A stretch of 64,000 nucleotides of DNA from Synechococcales cyanobacterium VAR_4_metabat_354 (GCA_031414775.1 JANOQI010000016.1:283738-347737); one strand, 5' to 3'; positions 30,469 through 41,566 are shown, counted from the first letter of the stretch. Notes: generated from the sequence alone by a model not told the origin. Numbers and translations are program-made.

Positions 30469-32526
30469 CTAAGGTGATGGAATCAAATTCACCCGGCTAT
30501 GCAATGTCAACAACGCACCTACTTGCTCTTGACCGTTAACCGCTAACTCGCTGTGGCAGAGATACAGCCTCTGATCGCCATCGCCAGCACCTGCACTGTC
30601 TACCCGACAAAGCAAATCCCGCAGCACCCGCTCCAGCCGCTGACTATCCGCTAATTCTTCATCATCGATCGACAGCTGTTGTCCGTTCCAATCTTGTAAA
30701 AACAGTGGTGCCCCGTACAAGACTGCTGTCCCGCCCTTCGCCCATAGCGATGAACCTACATCCAGCCAAAAATGCCAACGGTGGCACTGCTTGCTCGATC
30801 GATACTGAAAGATATTAGTCAGAGTCACTCCCTGCTGGCTAGGAGCGAGTGGCACCGCTGGATAGGGGTTGGCGCTGACTGTTCCCTGGCGCAACAGCAA
30901 AATAAACTGTGCCATCAGTACTCGATCTTCAGTCACCGGATTAACGCGGGTGGCGACTAGCCAGTAGTGCTGGGCAGTTTCTAACAATTCACGCATAATC
31001 GCCAGCTGGTCGGTGGTGAGCAAACTGCCTCGTCCAAAAAAGGTGGCAATGGCCTGATCAAAGAGATGGAGGGAAGCACTGCTCGCTGTTTGCTGTTGAT
31101 CGATCCAAGCTAATAGTTGCTGATAACTAGCTGTGGCTTGAGCACCTAATCTGTCCCAGCGCGGAAACTTATCGACAGGTAACAATTGGGGTTGTTCTGG
31201 GGTCGGCAGATAGCAATAGTCCACAATCAAACCGGCGCGTACCGGATCGATCGCTAGGGCAATGCCGGTAAAGGATTGATAACGAGACAGTTCCACCAAC
31301 ATTTCGGCCACCTCATCTCGATTAGTCAGCCGTCCCATACCGGGTAGCACCAAAGTCATTAAGGTGAGGATCGATCGAACGCTGGGCGAACTATTTAAAG
31401 GGCGCTGATTGTTCAGAGATGTAACAGGGATGTGATGCTGGGTCAAGACATCGGTCAGGGTATAGCGAGCCAAATTATCTAAACCGGGGGCAATGATCAC
31501 AATCTCATGGGCAGTAATTTGCTGTTCTTTAATAGCCGTCGCAATTGTCGTCGCCACCGCCCGCAGCATTTCCCCCCGTGTTCGCTCGGTAATCTGCTGA
31601 AACGATGCTGGTAACTCTAGCCAACTACTGGGATCTTGGACAGTGGCCACCACGGCATCCACCAAATTGACGCTGCCCGCTGACTGGAGAGCAGTGATCG
31701 AGGCTGATAACTGTTCGACCTGGCAATGTTTACGGAGTTGGCCAAGGTATTCTGGGTCGCTGCTCAAACCAAGACGAATTTGGCCATGGGGATTGTAACT
31801 GATCGCCGCTGGTCGTTGGGATTGCAGGACTTTTTCGATCACCGGATAAATGATAGCCGGATAGTCATCGGCATCATCGGCAATGAGGCCACCATAGTGA
31901 CTAGTAAAATATTTTTGGTAATCGGGATGGAGCCACAGATAGCGCCAAAATAGCTCGCTGCTTAAGCCATAGGTCAGCAAGCTCCGCTCCAAACACCACT
32001 GCCGCCAGTCGCTAATTAGTTCGCCCATCCAGGGAAATAGTTCGTTTTCGCCATAGCCCAGTTGCAGCCTTTCGGGAATAGTCGCAATGTCGATACCGGC
32101 GTTAGCAGCCAATTGCATCAAGTCCAACAGCCGACGCACTAAACGATATTCATTTACTCCCAGCTGTTGCCAGGAACGCATACTCAGCTCGGTCTGCCAC
32201 AGTTCTGTGGCCAAGGCTTGCTCGGTCTCTGGCCGCAACCGAATCGGGGTGGCAATAGGTAAATTTAGCGCCGGACAAATAAGTGGGTAAAATAAATAAA
32301 CTTGATCTTGTAAAAAGCCCAAAGGAGTCTGGACTCTCACTGGGTAGCGACCATCAATGGCGATCGAGAGCCGCAGGTTAAAATCTTGCTTGCTATCATC
32401 GTTAGCAGCTAAAAGTAACAGCTGCTGCGGTTCAACCGTCGGTAGCCACTGACTAGCTAAATCTACCAAGCGCTGGGTTTTACCACTGCGTGATCCGCCC
32501 GTCAGCCACAATCCTGGATTCATCAC
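30469..32526 (-). CDS. Conserved hypothetical protein with P-loop (helicase-like)
   Basis: N-terminal GGSRSGKT Walker A, LIADDADDY Walker-B-like; 685 aa. Confidence 0.7.
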   Translation of the reverse strand: MMNPGLWLTGGSRSGKTQRLVDLASQWLPTVEPQQLLLLAANDDSKQDFNLRLSIAIDGRYPVRVQTPLGFLQDQVYLFYPLICPALNLPIATPIRLRPETEQALATELWQTELSMRSWQQLGVNEYRLVRRLLDLMQLAANAGIDIATIPERLQLGYGENELFPWMGELISDWRQWCLERSLLTYGLSSELFWRYLWLHPDYQKYFTSHYGGLIADDADDYPAIIYPVIEKVLQSQRPAAISYNPHGQIRLGLSSDPEYLGQLRKHCQVEQLSASITALQSAGSVNLVDAVVATVQDPSSWLELPASFQQITERTRGEMLRAVATTIATAIKEQQITAHEIVIIAPGLDNLARYTLTDVLTQHHIPVTSLNNQRPLNSSPSVRSILTLMTLVLPGMGRLTNRDEVAEMLVELSRYQSFTGIALAIDPVRAGLIVDYCYLPTPEQPQLLPVDKFPRWDRLGAQATASYQQLLAWIDQQQTASSASLHLFDQAIATFFGRGSLLTTDQLAIMRELLETAQHYWLVATRVNPVTEDRVLMAQFILLLRQGTVSANPYPAVPLAPSQQGVTLTNIFQYRSSKQCHRWHFWLDVGSSLWAKGGTAVLYGAPLFLQDWNGQQLSIDDEELADSQRLERVLRDLLCRVDSAGAGDGDQRLYLCHSELAVNGQEQVGALLTLHSRVNLIPSP

Positions 32527-32627
32527 AACTTAATCCCTAATAGGCGTTAAACCTTATACAATTTAGCAAACCCTCATAAAACTCGGTGAGTTTTGGTGCA
32601 AGTCGGTATTGAAAAAATTAATCTACG

Positions 32628-33935
32628 ATGAAAAAATCTATGTTTGGTGGACTCTCTAATTACTGGCAACAGCTTAATGAGTGGTTTTTTCGCACTGCCG
32701 ATCGAGCTTTAGATGAAGCTTATAAAGCAGCTCTGAAAATTAAAGCGATCGAAGACGAGCATTTTGGTGGCCAGAAAATTAGCTTTCCACCGAACAGCCC
32801 CAACAATTCTATTACTACCTATTTTCAAGCCGATCTTACTAAGTATTTAAATATTGCCAAGCTGCGGCTAGCTGAGTTTCAAACCAGTCGCACCATCAAT
32901 CCCAACACCTTCGAGGATCCGGCGAATAACTCTAGTCTGGTTTCGATTAATCCTTACGTATCGGATATTGAGGCCGAAGCCCGGATTCTTGAAAAGCTCC
33001 AATTCATTGACCAAATTTTGGATCGGTATAGTGAGCATGATTCGGACTTGGTAACTAGTCTGCCGGTCACTAGCAATATCACGCCAGCAAAGCCATCAGT
33101 ACTCCAGAACTTTAATCTGGTGCCACCAGCGGCTAAGAAAAATAATGTTTTGATCGATCGATCAGTCGTCAAGGCCTTTAGAAAAATTCAGCTAGATCTT
33201 AATCCCCAAGCCGAGCAAGAAGTAGTTCAGACCTTTCGCACATCCAAGAATCGCACTAGAGATGCCCTGCGTTTCGTATTGACTCTCACAATCGCTCCTT
33301 TAATTGTGCATTTATTCATGAAGACGATCGTCGTCGGTCCAATTATTGATGCTTATTATCCCCACACCAATCATGGTGATGTCTTTCTGAACCAAAATCT
33401 AGAAAAAGAAGCTTTGGAGGAGCTAGAACAATTTGAGCGTCATCTCAAGTTTCAGATGATTACTGGTTTAGTACCAGAGATTTCAGCTAAGGAAATCGAA
33501 GAAAAAGTCAAAGAACAGGCCGAAGAGATTAAAAGAGATTTTATCGACAAAAGCACCAATGCTATCAAAAACTGGTTTGCTGATGCAGCTTCGATCGTAG
33601 CCTTTACCCTCATTATCACCAAAAGCAAACGGCAACTAGCTAACTTGCTGGAGTTCATTGACAGCATCATTTCTGGGGTAAGTGACACCGCTAAAGCTTT
33701 TATCATTATTTTGCTGACTGATACCTTTGTGGGTTTTCACTCGCCCCACGGTTGGGAGATTTTGCTGGAGGGGATGGCTGAACATTTAGGCATTCCCGAA
33801 AGCCATAGTTTTAACTCCCTGTTTATCGCAACTTTTCCGGTATTCCTAGACACTATTTTTAAATACTGGATATTCCGCTATCTGATTGGTCAGTCTCCTT
33901 CGGCGGTGGCTACTTTTAAGACTATGAATGAATAA
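32628..33935 (+). CDS. pcxA: Proton extrusion protein PcxA (CemA family)
   Basis: SDTAKAFIIILLTDTFVGFHSPHGWE, FIATFPVFLDTIFKYWIFRYL, SPSAVAT...MNE. Confidence 0.95.
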   Translation: MKKSMFGGLSNYWQQLNEWFFRTADRALDEAYKAALKIKAIEDEHFGGQKISFPPNSPNNSITTYFQADLTKYLNIAKLRLAEFQTSRTINPNTFEDPANNSSLVSINPYVSDIEAEARILEKLQFIDQILDRYSEHDSDLVTSLPVTSNITPAKPSVLQNFNLVPPAAKKNNVLIDRSVVKAFRKIQLDLNPQAEQEVVQTFRTSKNRTRDALRFVLTLTIAPLIVHLFMKTIVVGPIIDAYYPHTNHGDVFLNQNLEKEALEELEQFERHLKFQMITGLVPEISAKEIEEKVKEQAEEIKRDFIDKSTNAIKNWFADAASIVAFTLIITKSKRQLANLLEFIDSIISGVSDTAKAFIIILLTDTFVGFHSPHGWEILLEGMAEHLGIPESHSFNSLFIATFPVFLDTIFKYWIFRYLIGQSPSAVATFKTMNE

Positions 33936-33999
33936 TAGTTTAAAAAATGAGATCTGCATCTTGAACTGATCTTGTCTGAATGATGTCTTGATCGATTTC

Positions 34000-34782
34000 T
34001 TATTTAATTGCCGTTTTCAACTCTCGACAATATTGTTCGATCGCATCCACTCCTTCCGTCGCCAACTTCTTTACCATCGCACTCCCCACAATTACCCCAT
34101 CAGCCCCCCAGTCCTTTACTTGCTTCGCTTGTTCTGGCGTGGCAATCCCAAAACCGACAGCGATCGACTTGTCAGTCAAGGTTCGCAACTTACTCAAAAT
34201 TTCAGGAACGCGCATCCCCATTTCTGTCCGCACTCCTGTAACGCCAGTTACGCTAACTAAATAGACAAATCCCTGGGAACAGTTGGCGATCGCTTGCATT
34301 CGATCGGGCGAACTAGTCGGAGCTACCAGCAAGATGACTTCAATGCTGTGTTTGCTACCTAATTCCAACAAAGTGGCTGATTCTTCTAGAGGTAAATCTG
34401 GCACTACTAAGCCCTTGACCCCGACCTCGGCAATGCGGGTTAGGAATTGCTCAATTCCTAGGTTCAAGATCGGGTTGTAATAGGTGAAGAGAATAATCGG
34501 AGCCTTAATAGTAGGGCTAATGTCTTTTACCATCTTCAGCACATCATCGAGTTTGACACCCTGTTGTAGAGCGCGGGTAGCAGCGGCCTGAATCACTGGG
34601 CCATCGGCCAACGGATCGGAATAGGGTACGCCTAGTTCAATTAAATCGGCACCCGCCTGGTCGAGGGCTTGCAGCGCCGCCGCCGTAGTTTTCAAGTCCG
34701 GATCGCCAGCCGTAATAAAAGGAATCAGCGCACATTGCTGCTGAGCACGGAGCGATTGCAAGCAGCCAGAAACAGAGGTCAT
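34000..34782 (-). CDS. trpA: Tryptophan synthase alpha chain
   Basis: [48 protein letters not shown]. Start ATG 34782. Confidence 0.97.
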   Translation of the reverse strand: MTSVSGCLQSLRAQQQCALIPFITAGDPDLKTTAAALQALDQAGADLIELGVPYSDPLADGPVIQAAATRALQQGVKLDDVLKMVKDISPTIKAPIILFTYYNPILNLGIEQFLTRIAEVGVKGLVVPDLPLEESATLLELGSKHSIEVILLVAPTSSPDRMQAIANCSQGFVYLVSVTGVTGVRTEMGMRVPEILSKLRTLTDKSIAVGFGIATPEQAKQVKDWGADGVIVGSAMVKKLATEGVDAIEQYCRELKTAIK

Positions 34783-34804
34783 CGTAGTATTAGGTAGTAA
34801 AAAA

Positions 34805-35116
34805 TTAGGAATCAGTGGCTTTTTCAGCCGCAATTTTGGCTTGCAGCTGGGCTAGCTCTTCTGGAGTCAGCTCATCTAGGCGCTGCTGTAACACGGCTTC
34901 TTCGTATTCAGCCCGTTGCTGATCGTAGGTCATATTCTTGCTAGAAACCCTAAATATATAGGTGGCTGCCCAGCCCAAAATTATCAAAATCAACAGTACT
35001 TGGCTCCAAATGCCGGCGTTGATATTGTCTAGACCCACGGCTTGCAAGACAACATAGCCTAAGCCACCAAGCAGAAAAACGGCGAGTCCGATCGCAAGTA
35101 CATCAATACGGCGCAT
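34805..35116 (-). CDS. DUF3007-type membrane protein
   Basis: MRRID...AGIWSQ...Y.FRV..K.MTY.QQ..YE; typical position between ndhL and trpA. Confidence 0.85.
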   Translation of the reverse strand: MRRIDVLAIGLAVFLLGGLGYVVLQAVGLDNINAGIWSQVLLILIILGWAATYIFRVSSKNMTYDQQRAEYEEAVLQQRLDELTPEELAQLQAKIAAEKATDS

Positions 35117-35119
35117 GGT

Positions 35120-35329
35120 TTAGGTAATTTGACGACGTTGGGGACGGAAATTAAGAAAAGGCGAGAGCAGCATCATGCCCGGAAAGAAGAAGAACATCAA
35201 GAAGTACATGAAGCCTCGTTCGAAAGAGGAAACCACATAAAATCTTTTCTGAAAATAAAAATAGAGTAGTCCCGGCAATACCAACAGGTAAGAACCACCA
35301 ATCACCAGATAAAGGAGAGCTACGAGCAT
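35120..35329 (-). CDS. ndhL: NDH-1 subunit L
   Basis: YLLVLP...[23 protein letters not shown]...[11 protein letters not shown]. Confidence 0.95.
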   Translation of the reverse strand: MLVALLYLVIGGSYLLVLPGLLYFYFQKRFYVVSSFERGFMYFLMFFFFPGMMLLSPFLNFRPQRRQIT

Positions 35330-35449
35330 GAGCGGTGTGTAGACTTAGGATGACGGCTTCATTGTAGTCTTTTTCCACAGCAATTCCAAATTCCGGTAGC
35401 AACTTCAACTTACAATAGGCTAGGTAATTACACTGAAAACCCACCACCG

Positions 35450-35767
35450 ATGAGCAATTATCAACAGTATGGTGACACCGATCGCCTCCGGGCTTTGCGC
35501 AAGCTCTCTAATGAGCGCTGGCGAATTTCTTTATGGCTGACCGCCGTAATGATGTTTATTTATTTTGGCTTTATTTTGTTAGTGGCCTTTAATAAACAAC
35601 TAATGGGTCAAACTATTGTGCCGGGTCTGTCGATCGGCATTCTTTTAGGAGCTTCGACCATCGTGGCTGCGTGGGTATTGATCTTTATCTATGTGCGCTG
35701 GGCAAACAATCACTTTGATGACCAATTGGCTGAAGCAAAGCGCGATCGATCAGCAAAAAATCCATAA
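35450..35767 (+). CDS. DUF485 (YjcH-like) small membrane protein
   Basis: Two TM segments, YFGFILL.AF, YVRWAN..FD; directly upstream of an ActP-like symporter. Confidence 0.88.
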   Translation: MSNYQQYGDTDRLRALRKLSNERWRISLWLTAVMMFIYFGFILLVAFNKQLMGQTIVPGLSIGILLGASTIVAAWVLIFIYVRWANNHFDDQLAEAKRDRSAKNP

Positions 35768-35789
35768 TTAACAAACTTTTTAAAGAACT

Positions 35790-37343
35790 ATGACGACAAC
35801 ATTAGGCAGCTTTAACTTAGTAGCAGTGGCTTTTTTCTTGGTGTTTATTGCTGTTACCCTAGGTATCACTTATTGGGCAGCTAAAAAAACCCGCAGTACC
35901 CAAGACTATTACACCGCTGGTGGTGAGATTAGCGGTTTTCAGAATGGTTTGGCTCTAGCCGGTGACTTTATGAGTGCGGCTAGCTTTTTGGGCATTACCG
36001 GTATGGTAGCGCTCAATGGCTTCGATGGCTTGATTTATTCGATCGGCTTCTTGGTTGGTTGGCCAGTGGTCATGTTCTTAATTGCCGAACCCCTCCGCAA
36101 TTTAGGGAAATACACCTTTGCCGATGTGTTGGCTTTTCGGTTACAGCAAACCCCGGTGCGGATTGCCTCTTCGATCAGTAGTTTAGCTGTGATTAGTTTC
36201 TATTTGATTGCCCAAATGGTGGGCGCTGGTAGTCTGGTCAAACTTCTCTTCGGAATTGACTATTCCCTTGCTGTCCTGATCGTCGGTGGGGTGATGATGG
36301 CCTACGTGATTTTTGGTGGGATGATTGCCACCACTTGGGTTCAAATCATTAAAGCTGTTTTACTATTGGGTGGCGCTACCTTGATGGCTGTTTTAGTATT
36401 GTCCAAGTTTGGCTTTAATCCGCTGAATTTGTTTGCCGCAGCGGTGGCCAAATATCCAGAGCAGCCAGTGCTGGCACCAGGAAAACTGGTAGCAAATCCC
36501 TGGGACGCTGTTTCGTTAGGCTTGTCCCTGATGCTGGGTACTGCTGGCCTACCTCACATTTTAATGCGTTTTTACACTGTCCCTGATGCTAAAACCGCTC
36601 GTACTTCAGTGATGTATGCCACTGGTTTTATTGGCTATTTTTATCTGCTGACTTTTGTCTTGGGCTTTGGCTCAATGGTACTAGTCGGTCAAGATGCCAT
36701 TAAACATGTCGGTAAGGTGGGTGGTGCGATCGATAAGTCTGGCAATATGGCTGCACCCATGTTGGCCGAATTGTTGGGTGGCAATGCCTTTTTGGGCTTT
36801 ATTGCAGCGGTATCTTTTGCCACAATTCTAGCAGTAGTCGCTGGTTTAACGCTCTCCGGAGCCGCCGCACTGGCTCACGATATTTGGGGACAGGTTGTCC
36901 GGAAAGGTCAATCCACCGAAACTGAGCAATTGAAAGTAGCTCGTTACGCCACGCTGTTTCTGGGAGTACTGGCCGTGATTTTGGGCATGGTTTTCCAGGG
37001 GCAAAATGTGGCCTATATGGTGGGTCTGGCGTTTGCAATCGCTGCTAGTGCCAATTTCCCAGCCCTACTTTTATCAATGCTGTGGAAGGGCTGTAGCACT
37101 AAAGGTGCTGTGGCTAGTATGATGGTCGGTACAATTACCGCCTTAGTTTTGATCTACTTTTCGCCAGCCATTCAGATCGATGTGCTGAAGAATACAACAG
37201 CACTGTTCCCACTCAAGAATCCTGGTTTAGTGACAATTCCCCTCTCCTTTGCCGTCGGGATTGTGGTTTCGTTGCTCACCCCTGAAGCTGATGCTGCCGA
37301 GCGGTTTATTGAAACCGAACACCGCATTGCCGGAGATTTTTAG
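35790..37343 (+). CDS. actP: Cation/acetate symporter (solute:sodium symporter family)
   Basis: [59 protein letters not shown]. Confidence 0.88.
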   Translation: MTTTLGSFNLVAVAFFLVFIAVTLGITYWAAKKTRSTQDYYTAGGEISGFQNGLALAGDFMSAASFLGITGMVALNGFDGLIYSIGFLVGWPVVMFLIAEPLRNLGKYTFADVLAFRLQQTPVRIASSISSLAVISFYLIAQMVGAGSLVKLLFGIDYSLAVLIVGGVMMAYVIFGGMIATTWVQIIKAVLLLGGATLMAVLVLSKFGFNPLNLFAAAVAKYPEQPVLAPGKLVANPWDAVSLGLSLMLGTAGLPHILMRFYTVPDAKTARTSVMYATGFIGYFYLLTFVLGFGSMVLVGQDAIKHVGKVGGAIDKSGNMAAPMLAELLGGNAFLGFIAAVSFATILAVVAGLTLSGAAALAHDIWGQVVRKGQSTETEQLKVARYATLFLGVLAVILGMVFQGQNVAYMVGLAFAIAASANFPALLLSMLWKGCSTKGAVASMMVGTITALVLIYFSPAIQIDVLKNTTALFPLKNPGLVTIPLSFAVGIVVSLLTPEADAAERFIETEHRIAGDF

Positions 37344-37384
37344 GCTTAGTCCTTTCTAACTCATCACCTTATCTATTTATTATT

Positions 37385-38104
37385 TTGACCGCTATTCCTC
37401 TGTGGTTATTTGATAGCCACTTCGTTATTTTGGCTCTCTTGTTGGGCTTTGCGATCGCCCATAGCGGTCTTGCTGCCCTCCGGCCTTGGGGGGAGAGCAA
37501 AATTGGTGCCCGGTGGTATCGAGTAATCTTTGCCTTAGTCAGTATTCCTTTTGCGACTATTCTCATCATCTACTTCTTTAACCATCACAATGATGGCTTA
37601 GAGCTGTGGGATGTCCGTGCTGTGCCTGGTATTCAGGAAACGGTCTGGGTGCTGTCGGCTATTTCTTTTTTGTTTCTCTATCCGGCCACTTTCAATCTGT
37701 TAGAAGTAGCCGCCGTTTTTAAACCCCAAGTCCGCATCTACGAAACCGGCATTATGCGCATTACCCGCCATCCCCAAATGGTCGGACAGCTGATTTGGTG
37801 TGTGGCGCACTGTCTGTGGATGGGCACTAGCTTTACGCTGGTCACCTGCATTGGATTGATGGCTCACCACCTCTTTGCTGTCTGGCATGGTGACCAGCGT
37901 CTGCTGAAACGCTACGGCGATGAATTTTTGGCCGTCAAAGAACGTACTTCGATCGTACCCGGCTTAGCGATTATCCAAGGTCGTCAAACCCTCCAACTGG
38001 CTGAATTTCTGCGCCCTGCTTACTTAGGTGTAGCCATTTTTGTCGCTTTCTTTTGGTGGGCACATCCCTATCTAATTTCGGTAACAGCCAAAGTTCCTTG
38101 GTAG
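37385..38104 (+). CDS. NnrU family protein (Z-ISO-like zeta-carotene isomerase)
   Basis: HSGLAALR, PATFNLLEVAA, ETGIMRITRHPQ, HGD.RL, RTS..P. Confidence 0.82.
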   Translation: MTAIPLWLFDSHFVILALLLGFAIAHSGLAALRPWGESKIGARWYRVIFALVSIPFATILIIYFFNHHNDGLELWDVRAVPGIQETVWVLSAISFLFLYPATFNLLEVAAVFKPQVRIYETGIMRITRHPQMVGQLIWCVAHCLWMGTSFTLVTCIGLMAHHLFAVWHGDQRLLKRYGDEFLAVKERTSIVPGLAIIQGRQTLQLAEFLRPAYLGVAIFVAFFWWAHPYLISVTAKVPW

Positions 38105-38191
38105 GCAAGTGTTACAGTTCTTGACAAGGTGGTAATTCTGGCTAGCTGGCAATGGTACGATCCCATCAAAACCCTACATATATACAAAATT

Positions 38192-38620
38192 ATGGCGGAA
38201 AAACTTTCTGGCAAGACCCCCATCTTTGGTGGTAGCACCGGCGGCTTGCTTTCTAAGGCGGATGTTGAAGAAAAATATGCAATTACTTGGAGCAGTAAGT
38301 CAGCTCAAGTTTTTGAGATGCCTACTGGTGGCGCAGCGACCATGAATGCGGGTGAAAACCTGTTGTATTTGGCGCGTAAAGAACAGTGCTTGGCTCTGGG
38401 TACCCAGCTCCGCACTAAATTCAAGCCCAAAATCGAAGACTATAAAATTTATCGCATTACCCCTAATGGTGATTGCGCTCTGCTTCATCCTAATGATGGC
38501 GTATTTCCTGAAAAAGTTAATGCTGGCCGGGAGTTTGCTGGCAAGATTGATAGAAATATTGGCAGCAATCCTGAGCCTGCGACTATCAAATTTAGTGGCA
38601 AAAAGACCTACGAAGTTTAG
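38192..38620 (+). CDS. psaD: Photosystem I subunit II
   Basis: [44 protein letters not shown]. Start ATG 38192. Confidence 0.98.
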   Translation: MAEKLSGKTPIFGGSTGGLLSKADVEEKYAITWSSKSAQVFEMPTGGAATMNAGENLLYLARKEQCLALGTQLRTKFKPKIEDYKIYRITPNGDCALLHPNDGVFPEKVNAGREFAGKIDRNIGSNPEPATIKFSGKKTYEV

Positions 38621-38650
38621 GTCTTTGAGAGCAGATTGAGCTTAGTAGCA

Positions 38651-38674
38651 AAGGTGGGTTTGACCCACTTTTTT
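38651..38674 (+). terminator. Intrinsic terminator after psaD
   Basis: aaggtgggt-ttg-acccactt followed by a T-run. Confidence 0.75.
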
Positions 38675-38770
38675 GTTGGGCATATTTTTTGAGCAATTGT
38701 GGCGGTGTCAACTTAACCGGATGGCAGTAGGTTAGAATCTAAATGATATTGCCTTGAGTTGCCTAAATTT

Positions 38771-39844
38771 ATGAGTCCACGGAAGCTTACCGCTGCTGAT
38801 AAAAAAGAGATTGTTAAAGTCTATCGATCGTCAGCAGATAATACAGCAGCTTTAGCTACTCGCTATGGAGTTAGTAACTCGACAGTGAGTCGGCTCCTGA
38901 AGAGTCATATTCCAGAAGCGGAATATGAAACGCTGATGTCGGAAAAACGTGGACAAAAAGCCGAATTCAGTGAAGAAGAAACTTTGCTGTTATTGGATCC
39001 ACTGATGAGCACCAAGGTGGTCGCTAAAGATGAGGGATCGATCGAGGAGCTGCCAGAATTTGATCCATTAGTAGATCGATCGGATGAACCATTTGCGCTC
39101 CCCACATCGAGCAAGTCCAAGCCCGTCAAAAAAGGAACTCTTCAAGATCAAAGACGGGTGCGTCGTCGGTCATCGGCGCTTTCGACCAGTGAAGAATCAG
39201 AGCTAGCCGCAGATGCTCTCCCAGAATTACCACCCAAACCCATTATCAAGGCATTTAAGAGTATTACCGCTCCGACTTCTCCAGATATTTTCACCTCTGT
39301 TCCTGTCGTAGCGGCGGTGGAATTGTCCAGAGCAGAGGTGCCGGTGCAGACCATGCTGCCCTTGAACGAAGTAGTCGAAGACGACGAAGACGATCAAGAA
39401 GATGTGTTGGCCTTAGCCGATATCTTGGGCGAAGACATGGGTGGTCTGTTGGATGAAGATGAGGAAGAATTCAATGACGAGGAGGATTGGTCGTATGGAC
39501 TAACACCTTCGGTATTGGCTAGTGACGTTCAAGTGCAAGTGTTGCCCCTATCTGCGGCCAATCTCCCTCGCACTTGCTACATTGTGATCGATAAATTTGC
39601 GGAGTTGATTGCGAAGCCGCTACGAGAGTTTGCGGAGTTAGGGAATATTCCCACGGATGAAGTTCCCCAGCAAACCCTGCCCATTTTTGATAATCATCGG
39701 GTGGCCAAGCGCTTTTCTAGTAGCCACACTAACCGGGTGATCAAGGTGCCCGATAGTAGCCTCTTCCAGAAAACTAGCCGCCATCTAGAGGCCAAGGGAA
39801 TTACCCGGTTACTGGTTGATGGTCAGATTTACTCTTTGCACTAG
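38771..39844 (+). CDS. Hypothetical protein with N-terminal HTH and acidic disordered linker
   Basis: LATRYGVSNSTVSRLLK HTH; D/E-rich middle; compact C-terminal domain. Confidence 0.75.
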   Translation: MSPRKLTAADKKEIVKVYRSSADNTAALATRYGVSNSTVSRLLKSHIPEAEYETLMSEKRGQKAEFSEEETLLLLDPLMSTKVVAKDEGSIEELPEFDPLVDRSDEPFALPTSSKSKPVKKGTLQDQRRVRRRSSALSTSEESELAADALPELPPKPIIKAFKSITAPTSPDIFTSVPVVAAVELSRAEVPVQTMLPLNEVVEDDEDDQEDVLALADILGEDMGGLLDEDEEEFNDEEDWSYGLTPSVLASDVQVQVLPLSAANLPRTCYIVIDKFAELIAKPLREFAELGNIPTDEVPQQTLPIFDNHRVAKRFSSSHTNRVIKVPDSSLFQKTSRHLEAKGITRLLVDGQIYSLH

Positions 39845-39847
39845 CTT

Positions 39848-40642
39848 ATGGATTTATTTGAAAAAGAGCGTCAGTTTCACGATGAATGGGCCGCCACGAT
39901 CGATATCGAAGGCATCCAAGTTCGTGATTATTTTGAGGCTTGTACGGCTCCTGAAAACCGCTTTATCCTGAAGCAGCTGGGCGATGTGACTGGTAAGCGG
40001 TTGCTGGATTTAGGCTGCGGTGCCGGGGAAAATAGCGTGTACTTTGCCAAACGCGGAGCGCACTGTATTGCCTCGGACTATTCGCCAGGGATGGTAGAAG
40101 TGGCTCTAAAGTTGGCGGCTAGTAATGGGGTACAGGTAGAAGGGGCAACGGTGAATGCGATGGCACTGGACTTTCCTGATCACAGTTTTGATATTGTCTA
40201 TGCCTCGAATCTTTTACACCATTTACCCGACCCGACAGCTTGTATTGGGGAGATGCACCGGGTGCTGAAGCCCGGTGGTCAAGCTTGTTTTTGGGACCCA
40301 CTGACTCACAATTCGGTGATTAATGTCTATCGGCGGATGGCTACCTCCGTGCGCACCGAGGATGAAACGCCGTTGAATTTTAATATTGTGAAGTTTGTTC
40401 GATCGACCTTTTCTCAAACTGAATATGACACTTTTTGGTTAGCAACGCTGTGGATATTTTTGCGTTTTTATTTGATTGAGAAAGTAAATCCGAATCAAGA
40501 ACGTTATTGGAAGAAGATTATTCTGGAGCATCAGCGGTTAGCTCCGGGGTATCGACGGTTGGAAAGTGTGGACTATTGGTTAAAGAAGATACCGGGGTTG
40601 CGGAAGTATGCCTGGAATTTGGCGGTGGTAGCTACGAAGTAA
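39848..40642 (+). CDS. Class I SAM-dependent methyltransferase
   Basis: LLDLGCGAG, SDYS, FDIV, LHH, RVLKPGG. Confidence 0.92.
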   Translation: MDLFEKERQFHDEWAATIDIEGIQVRDYFEACTAPENRFILKQLGDVTGKRLLDLGCGAGENSVYFAKRGAHCIASDYSPGMVEVALKLAASNGVQVEGATVNAMALDFPDHSFDIVYASNLLHHLPDPTACIGEMHRVLKPGGQACFWDPLTHNSVINVYRRMATSVRTEDETPLNFNIVKFVRSTFSQTEYDTFWLATLWIFLRFYLIEKVNPNQERYWKKIILEHQRLAPGYRRLESVDYWLKKIPGLRKYAWNLAVVATK

Positions 40643-40760
40643 GCCTAGTGGTTGTTAGTGATGAATCAGTGTGCTCAGGTTTCTGTAATTCTAGTTGCTC
40701 TTCCCAAGTCAGATATTCTGCTAGTGTGAAGCGAGAAGATTGTTCCAGTGCAGCAATCAT
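40632..40760 (-). pseudogene. N-terminal remnant of a Uma2-family endonuclease gene
   Basis: From ATG 40760: MIAALEQSSRFTLAEYLTWEEQ, resembling the Uma2 N-terminus (T.EEYL.WEE), then unrelated sequence. Confidence 0.6.
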
Positions 40761-40885
40761 CAGTTTGAACCTCAACAGATCTCTTCCTAATTCTCGCAGA
40801 GATAATGAGATGTCGGTAGTCTCCACTGGTGAAAATGATTAAGATTCAGAAAAGACTGAATTTCCCCGCCCCATTCCTCAAATTT

Positions 40886-41566
40886 ATGCAGCCGACCTAT
40901 CCAAATCTCTTCGCGATCCCATTACCCCCAGAGCCACCTCAAGTAATTTTCTTAGATGCCGTCGGCACAATTTTCGGAGTCAAAGGCAGCGTTGGCGAAA
41001 TCTACTGCACCTTTACCCAAAAATTCGGAGTAAACTGCGCACCGCAAATTGTGAATCGGGCTTTCTACCAACAATTCAAAGCTACTGCCCCTGGAGTTTA
41101 CACCGGACTGAGTTCGATCGAACTCCCCCACCAAGAATATGCCTGGTGGAAAGAGATCAACTATCAAACTTTTAAGTCGATCGACAAAATTCAAGACTTT
41201 ACTGATTTTGATGCTTTCTTTGACGAGCTATATTATTACTTTGCCACCGCCGCTGCTTGGGAAATCTATCCAGATACTTTGCTAGCGTTGCAACAGTGGC
41301 AAGCCCAAGGCATTGCCTTAGAGCTGATATCCAACTTTGACACCCGGCTCTATGCCGTCCTTACCGCCTTAGAGCTGTCAGAATATTTCAGTCAAGTGAC
41401 CATCTCCACCATCGTCGGTGCCGCTAAACCAGAGCCAGCAATTTTTCAGGTGGCCTTAGCTGGTCGTGTCGCCAATCAAGCTTGGCACATTGGTGACAGC
41501 GAGTTAGAAGATTATCAGGGAGCCACCGCTGCTGGCCTCCAGGCTTTTTTGCTAGAGAGACCTTAG
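40886..41566 (+). CDS. HAD-IA family hydrolase
   Basis: IFLDAVGT, ISNFD, AKPEP.IF, HIGDS..EDY.GA..AG. Confidence 0.92.
   Translation: MQPTYPNLFAIPLPPEPPQVIFLDAVGTIFGVKGSVGEIYCTFTQKFGVNCAPQIVNRAFYQQFKATAPGVYTGLSSIELPHQEYAWWKEINYQTFKSIDKIQDFTDFDAFFDELYYYFATAAAWEIYPDTLLALQQWQAQGIALELISNFDTRLYAVLTALELSEYFSQVTISTIVGAAKPEPAIFQVALAGRVANQAWHIGDSELEDYQGATAAGLQAFLLERP

Noticed and set aside
38771..39844. Transposase, because of the N-terminal HTH
   Set aside because: No DDE or HUH catalytic region, terminal repeats or target duplication.
40507..40842. 111-aa + strand ORF
   Set aside because: Out-of-frame overlap with the methyltransferase end, likely produced by local G/T bias.
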